Source: Anthoceros angustus
Taxonomy: Eukaryota > Plantae > Anthocerotophyta
Length of the DNA: 64,000 nucleotides
Direction: 5' to 3'
NCBI GenBank assembly: GCA_010909165.1
Contig: VJWM01000305.1
Span: forward strand, 1-64,000
The notes under the pieces are model-generated. The model searched no databases and was not told the DNA's origin. It saw nothing but the letters and a program-made list of their open reading frames with translations. This document shows, in pieces, positions 49,101-62,060 of the stretch. The position numbers were made by a program, and so were the translations under genes. How positions within the stretch are numbered: position 1 is the stretch's first letter; the number at the start of each line of letters is the position of its first letter.

Positions 49101-49883
49101 ACCCACCGCCTGGGGTCACCCACGGGTGACCACCCTACCATGGTAGGACATCCTCCTACCGTGGGGACCAGACACGCCGTAGTCCGCTGACACCGGAGAG
49201 GTGCAGGGGCACGGCACTGTTGGGGAGTTGGCCAGGCCCAATCAAGATGAAGGAGCCGGGGTGAGTATACCCCCGAGGAGCAGCTGGGGTGGTGGGAGAC
49301 AACCCCACCGGAGGAAACTAAGGACGGGTCCCACCCGGAGGAAGGAAGGGTGAGAATCCCTTATCCACGAGTAAGGGAGGAAGGACCCGAGGAGGAGTCC
49401 AACGCAAAAGGCCCGAGAGTTAGGGATCCGCATGGTGGGCGGATGGGGATGAAGGGTGCTCTATGATAGGTATGGACAAACCAAACAAGGCAAGAGCAAT
49501 GAAGATCCCGACCCAAGAAACCCTCAGAAGAGGAAAGAAGGAAGTAAGGGAGCTAGGGGCGGACTACCACGATGGGTCACCACCCGAGTCCGCCGACACG
49601 TAGGGTGCGATAAACGGATCGCGACCAGGCGGCGGAGATGGAAGGCGCCTAGGTGCGCGAGGAAGCGATTGCCGGAGGCCGAGGAACAGACGCCGCCCGC
49701 GAGATGGAGGAAGGGCAAGATTGTACTTGCCCCACACATTAGGAAGCGGACAAAGGCTGGGAAGGGCAAGAGCAAAGGAGGGCGAGGGAGCCAATCCACC
49801 AAGGACACGTCCCACCCCAAAAGGGTGAAGACTAGATATGGTCAAGGGCCATAAATGCTAGGTAGAAGAATAGGAAGGATAGG

Positions 49884-51008
49884 TGATGTAATCGACATCC
49901 TTCGAGGATAGACTTAGGTGAAGTTGCTAGAATAGAATTTACCAAGAAAGATAATAGACTTAGGTGCGGACATTAAATCTTGGCGGTAGGAAATAATAGA
50001 ATTGGAAAAGGTGACCGCAGAGGGTCACCCAAGGGAGGTTGTATGTGGAAGGCCTCCTATAAGAGGAGGAGGATTTCACAAAGTAAAGTATCATGTCTTG
50101 CGCTTCCACGCTCATCGAGTCCTTTGCCATTCTGAGGAATTTCGGGCCGTGGAGCCAACATGAGAGAGGAAGTCGCGGTGGTGAGTGTTTGGTGGAGGAC
50201 TTGCTCACGCAAGTGCCTAAACGAGTTGCTCCCTTGTGAATGGTTGCCGTGAAATTGCTTTGCTTTGGGTGTGTGGCAAATGTGAGAACTCGGCTTGAGG
50301 GTAGACTACAGGAAAGACTCCTGGAGGTTCTCGTCCGGTGTCAAACTCATAGCAACCGCCCAAGGAAGAACTTGCGGTGGAGGCGACCCTGTGCCAGCCG
50401 TAAGGGCGAGTCGAAACCAAGAAGCCCGAATCGAGGTTAGACTAGGAGGAAGAGGATGAGAAGATGAGTAGATTAGAGGTGTAGGTGTTAGTGGAAGGCC
50501 ACAGGCGAGCCTAAGGGACGAATCCCAAATCTGCAAGTAAAAGAGCGCCCCGAGTGGAGAAGTTTGGTCTTAGAAGTAGGGACGAAATCGCGGTGTGAAC
50601 CGGGGGTCCACAGGCGCCGTGGTAGGCTCACCGAGGTGACTCGCAATTGTTTTGTGTCGTTGTAGGTCGAGTTTGGTCTTAGAAGTAGGGACGAAATCGC
50701 GGTGTGAACCGGGGGTCCACAGGCGCCCGTGGTAGGCTCCTTGTCACGAGGCGTGACCCGCAATTGTTTTGTGTCGTTGTGGGTCGAGGTTGGCGATTTT
50801 TCAAGCAAAGGCAAGTGGTGCACCGTGAGAGGGAGAGTAGTGGGCGCCTTGCTTGTTGAAGGCGAGAAGTGTGCAGAAGCGATTGGTGACCACAAGGCCT
50901 CGAACTTTCACACAAGTCTCATGGGACGAAACCCAACGACGGGCGACAAAGGATAAGTGTGGCCGCTTATAGTGGGAGGACCCTGAGTGCCCCTGATTCT
51001 CCTACCAT
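49884..51008 (+). repeat. 3' LTR of gypsy family 2, with an internal ~107-bp duplication (50562-50790)
   Basis: Preceded by PPT AGAAGAATAGGAAGGATAGG; TATA-like CTATAAG at 50057; inverted homolog at 61041-62060; shares blocks with the family 1 LTR (AAGTGTGGCCGC, GGGACGAA). Confidence 0.75.
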
Positions 51009-51309
51009 GCACTCCGAGGAGTCCGAGGAGACAGGAGACTTAAGGAGAAGCCGCGACGCTAAGGAGGAAAGATGGCGTGAGAGTAAGGAGGGGGACAGTG
51101 CCTCACCACAGGGGTCACCCCACTGTAGGTGATGCCCACCACGGTAGTATCACCGTGGTAGACAAATTACCCACGCCGGTAGTCTCATCGGGGTAGGCAA
51201 GCACTGAGCTGGGGCTTGCTGGGATCTGTGTCATGGAGGCCTGGGCCGTGAAGGAAGGAGCTGGGAGGCCTAATGACACACCCCCTGCAGGAATAGAAGA
51301 GGAGGTGGG

Positions 51310-52095
51310 GGAAACAAACAACTCTCTTATGAAGAATAACACTTAGGAACTTGTTGATCTTCCACTTTGCAGGAAACCGATAAGCTGCAAGTGGGTCTTC
51401 TTTGAAGACTAAGCTCAAGTTAGATGGAATTGTTGCTAGATATAAATCACACTTGGTTGCTAGGGGGTTTAGTCAAATACCTAGTATTGATTATGGCGAC
51501 ACCTTCTCACCAGTTGTGAAAGCCCCATCCTGTCCGTATGTTGCTGGCCATGGCTGTAGAGTACGACCTTGAAGTCCAACAAATGGATGTGTCGACATCT
51601 TTCCTGCATGGGGAGTTAGAACAAGTTTTATACATGCAGCAACCAGAAGGCTTCATCAACAAAAAACGGGCTAAGAAAGTCTGCCAGTTACTCAAGACCA
51701 TCTACGGCTTGAAACAAAGTCCGAGAGCGTGGTACCAACAAATTGTGAAAGTATGTGAAGAAGCTAGGCTTTCTACAATCCCCAACAAATAGCAATGTCT
51801 TTTACCTTTCACAGTGTGGCCTCTTTGTTGTTTTGGTATTATATGTGGATGATTGCGTCCTTCTTGGTAATAACACTCCACAATTAGAGAAGGTGAAGAC
51901 TATGCTTTGTGCTGAGTTTGAGATGACTGATCAAGAGGATCTACAATTCTGTCTGGGCATCCAGATCTTTGCATCACAGGGTTGCAGGTCAAATTATCCT
52001 TCATCAAACTAAGTACGTCAAAGAAATTCTTAAACATTTTTATATGGACGAGGCCAGCCTTGTTACAACGCCCTCTGCAGTGGGGGAAAAGCTCA
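51310..52095 (+). pseudogene. pol: Ty1/copia RT fragment (copia B)
   Basis: NSLMKNNT.ELVDLP..RKPISCKWVF; QQMDVSTSFLHGELEQVLYMQQPEGF; YGLKQSPRAWY; LVLYVDDCVLLG. No LTRs seen. Confidence 0.9.
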
Positions 52096-52228
52096 GTGTT
52101 CTTCTTCCTCTGGGGGTCAATCACTGCATTCCCATCTTCCCGACCTGCCCGCCCATACACCGCCTTAAGAGTCCTAGGGTCCCGCTTTTGCCTCCGCATG
52201 TCACCCTCCTGCAACTTGGCCTTCAATT

Positions 52229-52479
52229 TGAAGATTTTATGTGAATTGAATTAATAAAACACAATTACATTATTGATAGAATTGAAAGATCAAATAAAGA
52301 GTAACTTGCTTATGCTTAAAACAACCTAATTAAGATACCAAGTGTTACGTCTACTCGTAAGAGTCACAACCCTACCGAAAGGGTACTAGGTGACTAGACC
52401 TAGTTTACACATAGGTTAACTAAACTAAGGTAACATAACCCTAGCATGAGTCAACACATAAACAATAATTATTCTTTCA
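52229..52479 (-). repeat. Copia C 3' LTR (~251 bp, AT-rich)
   Basis: TG...CA with adjacent PPT. Confidence 0.75.
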
Positions 52480-53639
52480 CTCCCACTTGTTGATCATGAC
52501 TTGTACAGTCTTCTTTTTCGCGTGGGTTCCTTGTGTTGTCCCTTGACGGTCTGTTTGTCTGGCGGCAGATTGGTTACGCCCTAGTTGCTGCACGCGGAGT
52601 ACCATAGACCGAGCCACGCCCACCTCCTTGGCGAATAAAAGCATGGAGACACCCGGTGTGAAGTGGTCTCGCAGAAGGTGCGCACTCAACAATAGCATAC
52701 GCCCGTGCTTGAGTGTAGTTCTCATTATCCCGTGGCTAAGGAGTGCGAGAAGGAGCATCATGTCTTCGCCTCGCATCCGAGACTCCGGCCCAAGCGTAGA
52801 AATCAGCCTAGGGACCGCATGGGCGGGTTTACCACAACTAGAACTGCTGTTCCTCACGATGTGAGCACTCCACCGTAGGGTACCAGGCAATCGCCTCGTG
52901 GAAGGCCGCGAGGCACGACCAAGGAGGTCCTAGCAAGGCGAGCCACGCCAGACAAGTGAGCCCATGGCCTCGCAGCGCGCCTCATCCGCACTCCAAAGCG
53001 ACAAGAGTAAAGGCCCATGTCATAATCCCGATTTTGGCTTTTCCGAGAATGAGACTAACCCTCGTGAAGAGCCTAGCTTTCCTAAGCTGCAGACTGTTCA
53101 AGGAGACAGATCGCTCTTATGGCTCCATCAAGCATCCGCGCAGCCCTCCGTGGTATGTGGTTTATGTGGGCGCACAAAGCCGTGATGAGACGTGTCAAGG
53201 TCGAAATGGCTGGCTTACCCATTTCATGTGGTCAAGACTTATAGTAAGATCCCGCTTCAATACTCGTTGCAATCTTTTATTGTGCATGTGAGATGCTACA
53301 CTAAGCTCCCACCGTCTGTGGTGATCCAACATACACCTGGAAGAAGAATCGAGCCTCCAATCAAGAGATTTCGTGCCGTGCAAGGAGAGTGGAGGAAAAC
53401 CACCGCCTATAGCAGCCCCGATCCTTCAAGATGAGGAGGAGAGTCACCAGGCCCTGGAGAATCGAGTCCGATGGGGATTCCTATTCTTTGAAGTCTCGTG
53501 ATGAGACAAACTTCAACGACTACACCGACGACGAATGCTCTTCTTCTCGGCCAGCTAGAATGCTGCCGAATGACTTGACTTTATGCACTACTACCTAGGG
53601 ACTCGAGGAGTCACCTAGGCCTAAAAACTTTACATGCTT

Positions 53640-55060
53640 CTCATGTAGATCCCAGAGCCTTTGTGAAAATGTCACCGGGTTTTCTTGTGTTGCTATGTAT
53701 TCCGAGATATTGTGCTTGCAGCTAGTAGCTCTCTAATCCAAAGGTATTCCACGCCACATGCTTTGTCCCGAGTGGAAGACGGATTTTCAGCTAAATTGAC
53801 CCTTGGTTGTCGGTTCGATTTTGTGCAAGCAACTCAATGCCAAGCTCAAAATGCAGCTTTAGCCAAATAACCTCCTTCACGAGTAAGTACTCTATATTCC
53901 GCCTGTGCTTGAGAGTGCAATTGGTTGCTTTTGCTTGACCAACAAATAGGTCCTCCAAAGATAGCTCACCACATAACCTCGAAACCGACCTCCTCGTATC
54001 TATGTCACCGCATAATCGAATCGGTGTATACGAGGTCGCCACACCATCTTTGTGAGTATACACAATACCCTTTTGGTGTGCCTTTCGACACGGAAAAACC
54101 TCTTAACACAAGTCCAATGTGTCCGCCTGTGGTTTTAGAATCGGGATGAGCACTTGTCGAGTACGCCACTGGGTCGTGTTGTGTTGGCAGCATATATGAG
54201 TTTGCCCACACCTTGCCTATGGCACATTTCTCATATCGTCCTTCCTGACCGTGTAATCGACATATCTTTGCTCAACTTGAGACCACTTGGAAGAGGTGTT
54301 GCAGGTTTGGCATCTTTGAGTCCTAATCGCCTGCACTTTCCAAGAGATATCTGAGTCATGGTAAGGATCCTTTTTTCCTATACCGAATGTGTATTCCTAA
54401 GCAACTTTGCAAAGGTCCAAGGTCCGACATCTTGAATTTTTGTGCCAGATTCGTGATCGAGAGATAAAGTCCAGTGTTGCTTGCAAGGATGAGGTCATCG
54501 ACATAAACTAAGTAACAGATTACATCATTCTTGATGTATACGTATAAGTCACCTTACTTTTGTAAAACCTAGAGCTCGCAACTCCTTGTCCAAAGGCAAG
54601 ATTCCATTTCATTGATCGCTTAAGTCCATAGAGGCACTTAATTAGTTTGCAAGCATAATCCTCCTTGCCGTTAACCTCATAACTGTGGTCTGCATGTAGA
54701 TCTCGTATCAAGGATTCCATGCAAGAAAGCCTTCACATCAAACATCCTGAGCTCGTAGTCCTTGTCCAGCAATCGCACACATGGTCCGAAAAGTAGCAAG
54801 CTTGACGGGGAGCAAAGGTTTCGAGGTAATCTAAACCGGAATTTGTGTGAAACCTCTAGCAACTAATCCGCCTTGTATCTATCAAACGATCCATCCGCCT
54901 TGACCTTCAATTTAAAGACCCATTTACATGACACGCTTTGGGCAACTTTGCTAGTTCCCAAGTTCCATTCTCGATAAGAGAATCATATTCGATCGGATTG
55001 CCTTTCTCCATTCCTTGTGATCGCACCGAGAGCTTCCTCATAAGACGTGGCTCTATGGGA
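53640..55060 (-). pseudogene. pol: Copia C RT and RNase H, heavily frameshifted
   Basis: YELRMFDVKAFLHG; CKLIKCLYGLK; YSTSAHPD; CGDIDTRRSVS; TTEAEYI-like stretch near 53890. Confidence 0.8.
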
Positions 55061-55479
55061 TCTAATCGTGGCGGCATAAGCCTTCACATGAGAAGAGGTA
55101 ATCAAGTCGGTGCATGATAGTAGTCGAGGTCGACGCTCACGTGTAGGGTAACGTCGAGTAGCTCGCTCGTGGCAGAAGTACATCATTAACTTCCTCTAAT
55201 TCCTCGTCAAGAGCATCCCGATCAAGATCATTGCATCATCGATCGCTATCCCGGTTGAGGAATGTGATCCTCAGTAGATCCGGGCAAGTTGAATGTCAGT
55301 TGTTGTTCTCCTAACACTGATTGCCCCTCCTGCAGGAGCATGTTCCTCAACAGTGGATGAGTGCCATGATCCGTCAGTCATAGTGAGAGAGTTCAAAGGT
55401 TTCCTCACTCTTCGTGGGTGGGAACATGTGTGTGCTCCCACCGACGCCCAAGTGTTTCATCAAATGTAACACTCAGCAT

Positions 55480-57560
55480 AGATGACTCTATTGTGGGGAC
55501 ATCATATAGCTTGTAAGCTTTAATCCCCTCAGATACCCCAAAGACATAAGCATGACTTATCCGATGACTTATCTGCTTCGCATATGCGAGATGACCAAGG
55601 TCCTCAAGTGTTGAATAGAGGGCTTCGCCCGTAAAAGCCTCATAAGGAGTTTTGCCTTCAACCCAGCAGGGTAACCTGCTGAAAAGTTGAAGTCATCAAA
55701 GCCTCACCCAAGAGGGTAGTGGCAAATGAGCATCATGTAACAATGAGGAGACCATCTCCGCAATGTGAGGTTCAAGCGCCGCCACTCCATTCTGTGGAGT
55801 GTATACGACGGTGAGTTGGCGTCCAATGCCTTCTTCTTCTAATCTGGAATTCATTAGATGTAAATTCCCGCCATTATCGGATCTCGTGTCTTGAGTCGTT
55901 TTCTGTCCAACGCTGAATTTGATGTATTCCTTGAAGTAGGAGAAACATTCGCTTTGTTCTTCGAGGATATAGGTGGTGACAACCGCTCTTGTCATCTCAG
56001 AACGTTAGAAAATAACGTCCACCTCCTATGGACGCTTGAGATAAGGGTCCACATAGGTCGATGTACAAGCTCAAGGAGATCATCAGACGATGAGGTGCTT
56101 TGTTCTTGAAGGCAGCTTGGTGTTTCTTCGACAACACACAAGCCTCACATAAAGGTATGGCTCAAAGGGCCAATAGGTCCATCTTGATACAGTCACTCAC
56201 ACCCAATTTTGCAGCTTTGCCATGTGAGGGTGACCCAAGCGTGCATGCCACAACTTAGACTTTCTTTGTTGTGCGATGCAAGGGAGACATCTTGTGTCGT
56301 GGGACTCGCTACTCCATCAAATGGAGACGGAATGATCGTGGTCCAAGACCCATGTGCAAGGACCTTTCTAGGGTCAATAGCATCTATGATTCTACAATCC
56401 CTAGTGAAAACAACGGATATTGTTATCTCGCATTCAATCTTCCGATAAATAAGGTTTCTAGTCATTTCGCACATAGTAGACTTCTAACAACATGAGTGTG
56501 ATCCTCAGAGGAACTAGCAACTCAAGCACCACTGTGAGACTAGAGACCTGTCGTCCCCAAGGTAAACATACTGATCTGGAACAGACCTATATGTTTTGAA
56601 TGCATTTCTATCAAAGCATATGTGTGTAGTAGCACCCGTATCTAAATACCATTCATCTATTGGTTTCAGATTAGCTTTGGCAGAAAGGCAAGTGCGAAGC
56701 AGCAATGGACTAGCAAACTCCCTAGTCCCAACTGTAAGAGCTGATGGGGTATTAGCCTTCTTTACCACAACATTGGGCTGGTGCCCTCCTCATAGGAATT
56801 CCACTTGCTTTTGCGACACTCTTTTCCCAATGTCCAGCACGTGTGCACGGCTTTTAGTCTTCTTCCCGAGATGAGGATCCTGAGCTACCTCCCTTGGAAG
56901 GATTTCCACCACCTCCTTTGGAGAAGGATTTCTTGCCTCCTCGCCCTTGATTTGAGGTGTCGGCTGTTGTTTCCCTTTCTTGTGATTAGTTCGCTTGCCT
57001 CTTCTTGCAGCATGGAACTCACAAGTTGTGAGAATGACATCTCGGGCATCTCTATGCCTTGCTTCTAGCGCAGTAGCTTGTGTCTCGAGCAGGTGGGAGG
57101 TCACAGTGTGACCAAGACTCGGAAGCGAAAGAAGGAGCCTCATCACCATCTCATCATCCTTGATGGCAACTTTAGAGGCACCACAGGCCGGGAGGCTAGG
57201 GTCCTAAAGGTACTCACGTGCTTCTCCGAGTCCCCATCCTTCATTCTCAAGTTCGAAATTTCTTAAAGTCATTGCACCGACCATGTTCGCTGCGTAGAGT
57301 TCCTTTAGACGATTCATGATTTCGGCTGAAGTTTCCACCCTCATGCTCGCCTCAACATTTCGGTTGTCGCCACGAATGAGGTACTTGGCTCCGCTATCCT
57401 TAGCTAACCATTCTTCTTCTCCAAGATCCTCGTCGGTTTCACTACCTTTCCGGTTGCATGTTTCAGGAGCCCTCATTTCGAGGACGCCCTCCATCCGGAT
57501 CGCCATATGTCAAAGTCATTGCCATTGAACCGATCCTTCTCCTTGAAGGATTCATTACCT
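55480..57560 (-). pseudogene. pol: Copia C gag, protease and integrase
   Basis: DRFNGNDFDIWAIRMEGVLEM (gag start); DEWYLDTGATTHIC (PR); LCGMHAWVTL (pre-integrase); RSDNGG...VYTPQNGVA and KAYKLYD (INT). Confidence 0.85.
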
Positions 57561-58681
57561 CCATAGTTTGGAGTTGAGGTGCGTTGCCATATTTATGGCT
57601 TGTTGTTCGACCTCGTTCAAATTCAGTATTGAATATATCCCCAAAACCGTCTGACGGACACCGCTCATAACGCTTGTTGATTCGCGCGTGTTTTGATCCC
57701 GGATCCTCCTCGTAGCTGCAATTTTGGAGCTCCTCATCTCGAACCTATTGTAGGCATACGTGGAGCAAGATGGACACGAGTTAAGTGAGCTAAAGCTTCG
57801 CTCACGATTTGTCTTACTGCGTGTTTACAGCCGTGTTTCGAACATTGGATTTTTGAGCATCTCGGGCTTCATAAAGATAACCAGTAGTCCAAGTGTGCAA
57901 CTTGCTCCTTCGATCCTGTAAGTCAACGCTTCGTAGACAAGTGTCCATTAATTTGTGTGCGTCATCACTATCCTGTTATTTGCTTCGATGCGATTAATTA
58001 TTGTGCGACACTGTGTTTGTGGCGAGTTGTGATGAAACCACGGGCTGCCTGCTTCCATCAAAAGCTCTTTGTACACGCACCAAATTTAGTGGATTTCTTG
58101 GAGGAAGAGTAAACACGATCGCTCTTGAGGATAGAGAAATTCCACAATAGTATTAAATCGTCTCTCGGATCAGCAATTTGCATAGGTCTATTTTGGTTTT
58201 GTTGGCTCCATTGTAGGATGCCAGAATGTAATTGAGAAGCAATTGTGTGCCCATCAGCAATTCTTGACCTATTTTGCCTAGGATGATTCTGAGTAGCAGG
58301 GTGTTGCGGCCACTGTGCGCATCTAAATTGGCCATGTGCCGTAAAGGATTTGTGTTTTATAAGTGAAATTCGCATCTTATATTTCTTTTGTATTTTTCTA
58401 TATATAATTTTGCCCATTGGGCAGTTTCTAGTGTATGTTCATTGCAATTGCTCAAGAGAGCAATTCAATGAATGCACGTTAGAATGGCTACCTAATGCAG
58501 CAAGAATTTGTATAGATGTTTAAAGAAAAACAACACAAAATTCATTTCTTGATGTTGCTTTAAAAGTTCTTTTTCAAGAACATGTTATTATTCAAAATAA
58601 TAACAAAACACATCTTTCTGCACATCTTCTAATGCAGAAAATTTGTGTGTGTGCATACTAGATGCATCTCCATCTATCCCT

Positions 58682-58693
58682 GCTCTGATACCA
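58682..58693 (-). other. Primer binding site, initiator Met-tRNA
   Basis: Plus strand gctctgatacca = TGGTATCAGAGC on the minus strand. Confidence 0.9.
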
Positions 58694-58711
58694 TGAAGAT
58701 TTTATGTGAAT

Positions 58712-61040
58712 TGGCGATCCCTTACACAACAATTTCGACCATGACTTCTCCACGCGTTTTTCCTTCCTTCCCCACTCACGATTCAGCACCTCGCATCGCG
58801 TATGGTACTTAATCTCTCCTTCCTCGATCTCGCCTTCTCCTTCTCTCCTCTCTCGATTCGCCTCGGGCATCCATCCTCACTCAACTCTCAATTTGAACAC
58901 AACCGGCGAGGAAAGCGAAGGTGAGGAAGAAGAACGTCCGGCGGGCGTTACGAGCAAGCTCCAGACCGCCCGCGCCAATCCCTTGGTTTCCCTCCTCCTT
59001 TCGGCCAAAGGCATCACCTCCTCCTCCCGGTGAGCAAGCTCTCGACCACCCTAGGGCGTCTCGCACACCACCTCGTTAATTGGGCGTCTCCAAGCAGCCA
59101 CGAGGCGTGGGGATCTCAACGAGTGCTCTGCGTGGGAGGCATAATCGCCCCTCTTATACATCGGTGGGCGCCATGCCCAGTTTTAGGTCCTAAGATGGCT
59201 ATCGAAGGGCCGCGCCCCTGGTCGGGCGTTCCTAGGTCGGTCGACATCTAACCAAATCTATCCTTAGGATGCTATCACCTCACCTCGCTGTCTGCGCCCT
59301 CCTCGACTTGGCGTATCATCCTCCATTCTTGCCGCCACGAGCTCTCCTTGCCACGGGCGGTGGGGTTCTCCACACTACTTCCACCTCACTTTCATCGCTG
59401 CGTGCGAATTTGAGGTGTACCACCACAGGGCTTCGCATCTTCTGGCCGCCTATTCTTGAGGATTATTACGGTTCCTCGTCCACCCAAGCTGGACCTCCTC
59501 CTCACTTAACTCCTCCAAAGTCGCCTCCGCATAATAGGGGCCAACCCCCCACCGGGCGATGGTAGAAGTATGCGCCGGGTCCTCACTTGCGATGGGTAGG
59601 CCACAGTCCCTCCTATTTCCACACGCACATGGGCGGTGAAGTTAAGCCGCGTTCTCCATTCACATATAGACCCGGGAACATAAGTTTCCTCATCCATGTG
59701 CCGCAACATAATAGGACCCCTACTGCGGTGAGGTGCTTACCCCTCCTCCCGTAGGCTACACAGTTGCTGGTCCATGTCCTCGCGGCGCCACGTCGCATCA
59801 TCGCCCGCACCTTCCGGGTTGGTTGCGCCAATGTCGTGGCGGTTTTACTACCGGTAGTGGACTCCACGGCCGTCGTTCGTTCGACAACCTTGGTAGGTGA
59901 GGTTTCGGCTACCTCGGTTCTTTGCTTCCTTCCTCGGTAGTTCCTTCGCTACTCGATCGTGGTCACTGCTACCCCTTTGTCCTTTACGGCTGACCACGTG
60001 CCTCATCCGCTCCGTTATATCGCTCCGCTAGCTTATGGGCCCTTTTGAGGGCGCCTCACGCTCTGGGCTGCAACAACTCCCCAGCATCTCTGGTTCGTCT
60101 GTGGGCATCCTTAATTTGAGCCATGGCGCTTCCTGTGGCTCGTCATGGCACAACTTCTCACAGGCCTGCACAAATCTTCTTGAATCTTGGCCCTTATTTC
60201 CTCTAGGTTCCGCTTGTCTTCCTCCATTGCTTGCGCTTGGCCTCCTCTTATCAAACTGGCCTTCACCACTTCCTCCGTCGCCCCACTGCGGCGGTGAGAG
60301 CTAAAGCCGCTTGATCCAACAAATCTGCTTGGGCCGGATCGCCGATGTGGTCGGCTCCTGCAGTCCACTTGTTGTGGCGGCGGCGACGCCATCCCTCATC
60401 GAGAACTTTCCTCCCAGGTGCGCACCCTCACCAATTCGGTTGCATCCACCTCTGTTGCCGTGGAGTCCCCTTGAAAATCTCTTCCCATCTTTGAGGGTCC
60501 GCCTCGAGTCGGCCTAAACCCTCGGGGTTGATTCATCATCGCATCCAGTGTCAAAATTGTCCTCGGATCGCGCCTCCTCTTACGCCACCTCCAAGCTGCT
60601 CTTTCATTTTCTGGCCTTGGCGTTTTCGACACAGTGGCCTTGGCGCATCCCTTCACCTTTTTGATGCCGCCTTCACCCCGGTCTTCCTCTTTTCTTGGTG
60701 AAATTTCCTTCTCTTCCTCCTCGGATCGCGCCTCCTCTTACGCCACCTCAATCGATTTTTCCTCGATTTCCTCCTTGGGCTCCTCCGCCTTCCATTTCAC
60801 CTCCCTAGCGGCTTCCACATGTGGAGGCCACAATTTCCACCTCACGGGGCGGTTAGCGTAAACATAAAGATGGACGAAATGGTGAGATTAGAGGCCGGAG
60901 AAATCAAGTTCAACCTCTCTTCACACAACTTGTAGAGAATTGCTAATCGATCTTCGCCCCTTGACCACTTCATGAAGGAGCAAGTGGTCGGACAAATAAT
61001 CCCCGCTCTTGTGTCATAGAAACATAGGAGCCATCGGCGG
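58712..61040 (-). mobile_element. Diverged third gypsy family fragment: probable LTR remnant (~58712-59270) and extra-gene homolog (~59900-61040)
   Basis: Manual translation near 60860-60960 gives GAKID*AILYKLCEERLN and, after a frameshift, SHHFVHLYVYAN, echoing GAKPDWG..MY and YLSTYLVHLW. E/K-rich linker and coiled coil follow. TATA-like cctcttataca near 59150. Confidence 0.45.
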
Positions 61041-62060
61041 TGTGGTTAGGGAAAACCGGGGCACTCAGGGTCCTCCCACTATAAGCGGCCACACTTATCC
61101 CACCGCCGCTCAGACGCTGGGTTTCGTCCCATGAGACTTGTGTGAAAGTTCGAGGTCTTGTGATGCACCGATCGCCACCTGCAGAGACACACTTCTCAGC
61201 CTTCTAAACAAGCAAGGCGCCCTCTACTCTCCCTCTACAGTGCACCACTTGCACGCTCAAAATCGCCAATCCTCGACCTACAACGACACAACACAATTGC
61301 GGTGTCCCGCCTTAGGGAGGACCTATCACGGGCGCCTGTGACCCCCGATCCACACCGCGATTTCGTCCCTACTTCTAAGACCACTCTTCTCCACTGTGGA
61401 GCGCCTTTACTTGTGATTTGGGATTCGTCCCTTAGGCTCGCCTGTGGCCTTCCACTAACACCTACACCTCTAATCCTCTACTCATCTTCTCATCTCCTCA
61501 TCCTCTTCCTCCTATTCTAACCTCGATTCGGGCTTCTTGGTTTCGACCGCCCACGGCACAACCGCCTGGGTCCCTCCACCAAGTTCTTCCTTGGGCGGTT
61601 GCTATGAGTTTGACACTGACACGAGAACCTCCGAGTCTTTCCTGTAGTCTACCCTCAAGCCGAGTTCTGGGCATTTGCCACACACCCAAAGCAAAGCAAT
61701 TTCACAAAGAACCATTCACAAGGGAGCAACTCGTTTAGGCACTTGCGAGCAAGTCCTCCACCAAGCACTCGACCACCGCGACTTCCTCTACTGTGACGTT
61801 GGCTCACACCGCACGAAATTCCTCCCAGAATGGCAAAGGACTCGATGGCGTGGGCGCAAGACATGATACTTTACTTTGTGAAATCCTCCTCCTCTTATAG
61901 GAGGCCTTCCACATACAACCTCCCTTGGGTGACCCTCTGCGGTCACCTTTTCCAATTTTCTACCGCCTACAGATTTAATGTCCGCACCTAAGTCTATTGT
62001 CGATCCTTGGTAAATTCTATTCTAGTAACTTCACCTAAGTCATCCTTGAAGGATGTCACA
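61041..62060 (-). repeat. 3' LTR of a minus-strand family 2 gypsy copy
   Basis: Inverted homolog of 49884-51008; TGTGG...GTCACA; adjacent PPT (tcaccctccttcctattcttct on the plus strand). Confidence 0.8.

Larger units (their letters stand above)
43951..51008 (+). mobile_element. 3' half of a second gypsy family: INT tail, AT-rich tract, extra gene with internal duplications, 3' region, PPT, LTR; no gag/RT
   Basis: Collinear with 7790->2592 of element 1 but diverged. Extra gene from the ATG at 44878; domain repeated at 44930-45900 and 46100-47000; 47680-48160 repeats 46870-47400. Confidence 0.75.
52229..58713 (-). mobile_element. Ty1/copia element C, degenerate, 5' LTR truncated to ~20 bp
   Basis: 3' LTR 52229-52479 begins TGAAGATTTTATGTGAATTG, and the same 20-mer occurs at 58694 next to a perfect Met-tRNA PBS TGGTATCAGAGC (58682-58693). 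PPT AAGTGGGAG near 52480-52488. All pol domains present. Confidence 0.88.

Noticed and set aside
59500-59870. Protease-like stretch (HVRVEIGG...) in the third gypsy fragment
   Set aside because: No D(S/T)G motif found, and the position is inconsistent with the apparent element order.
49884-62060. LTRs at 49884-51008 and 61041-62060 as the two ends of one element
   Set aside because: They are inverted relative to each other, and each has its own PPT and 3' region on the outer side.
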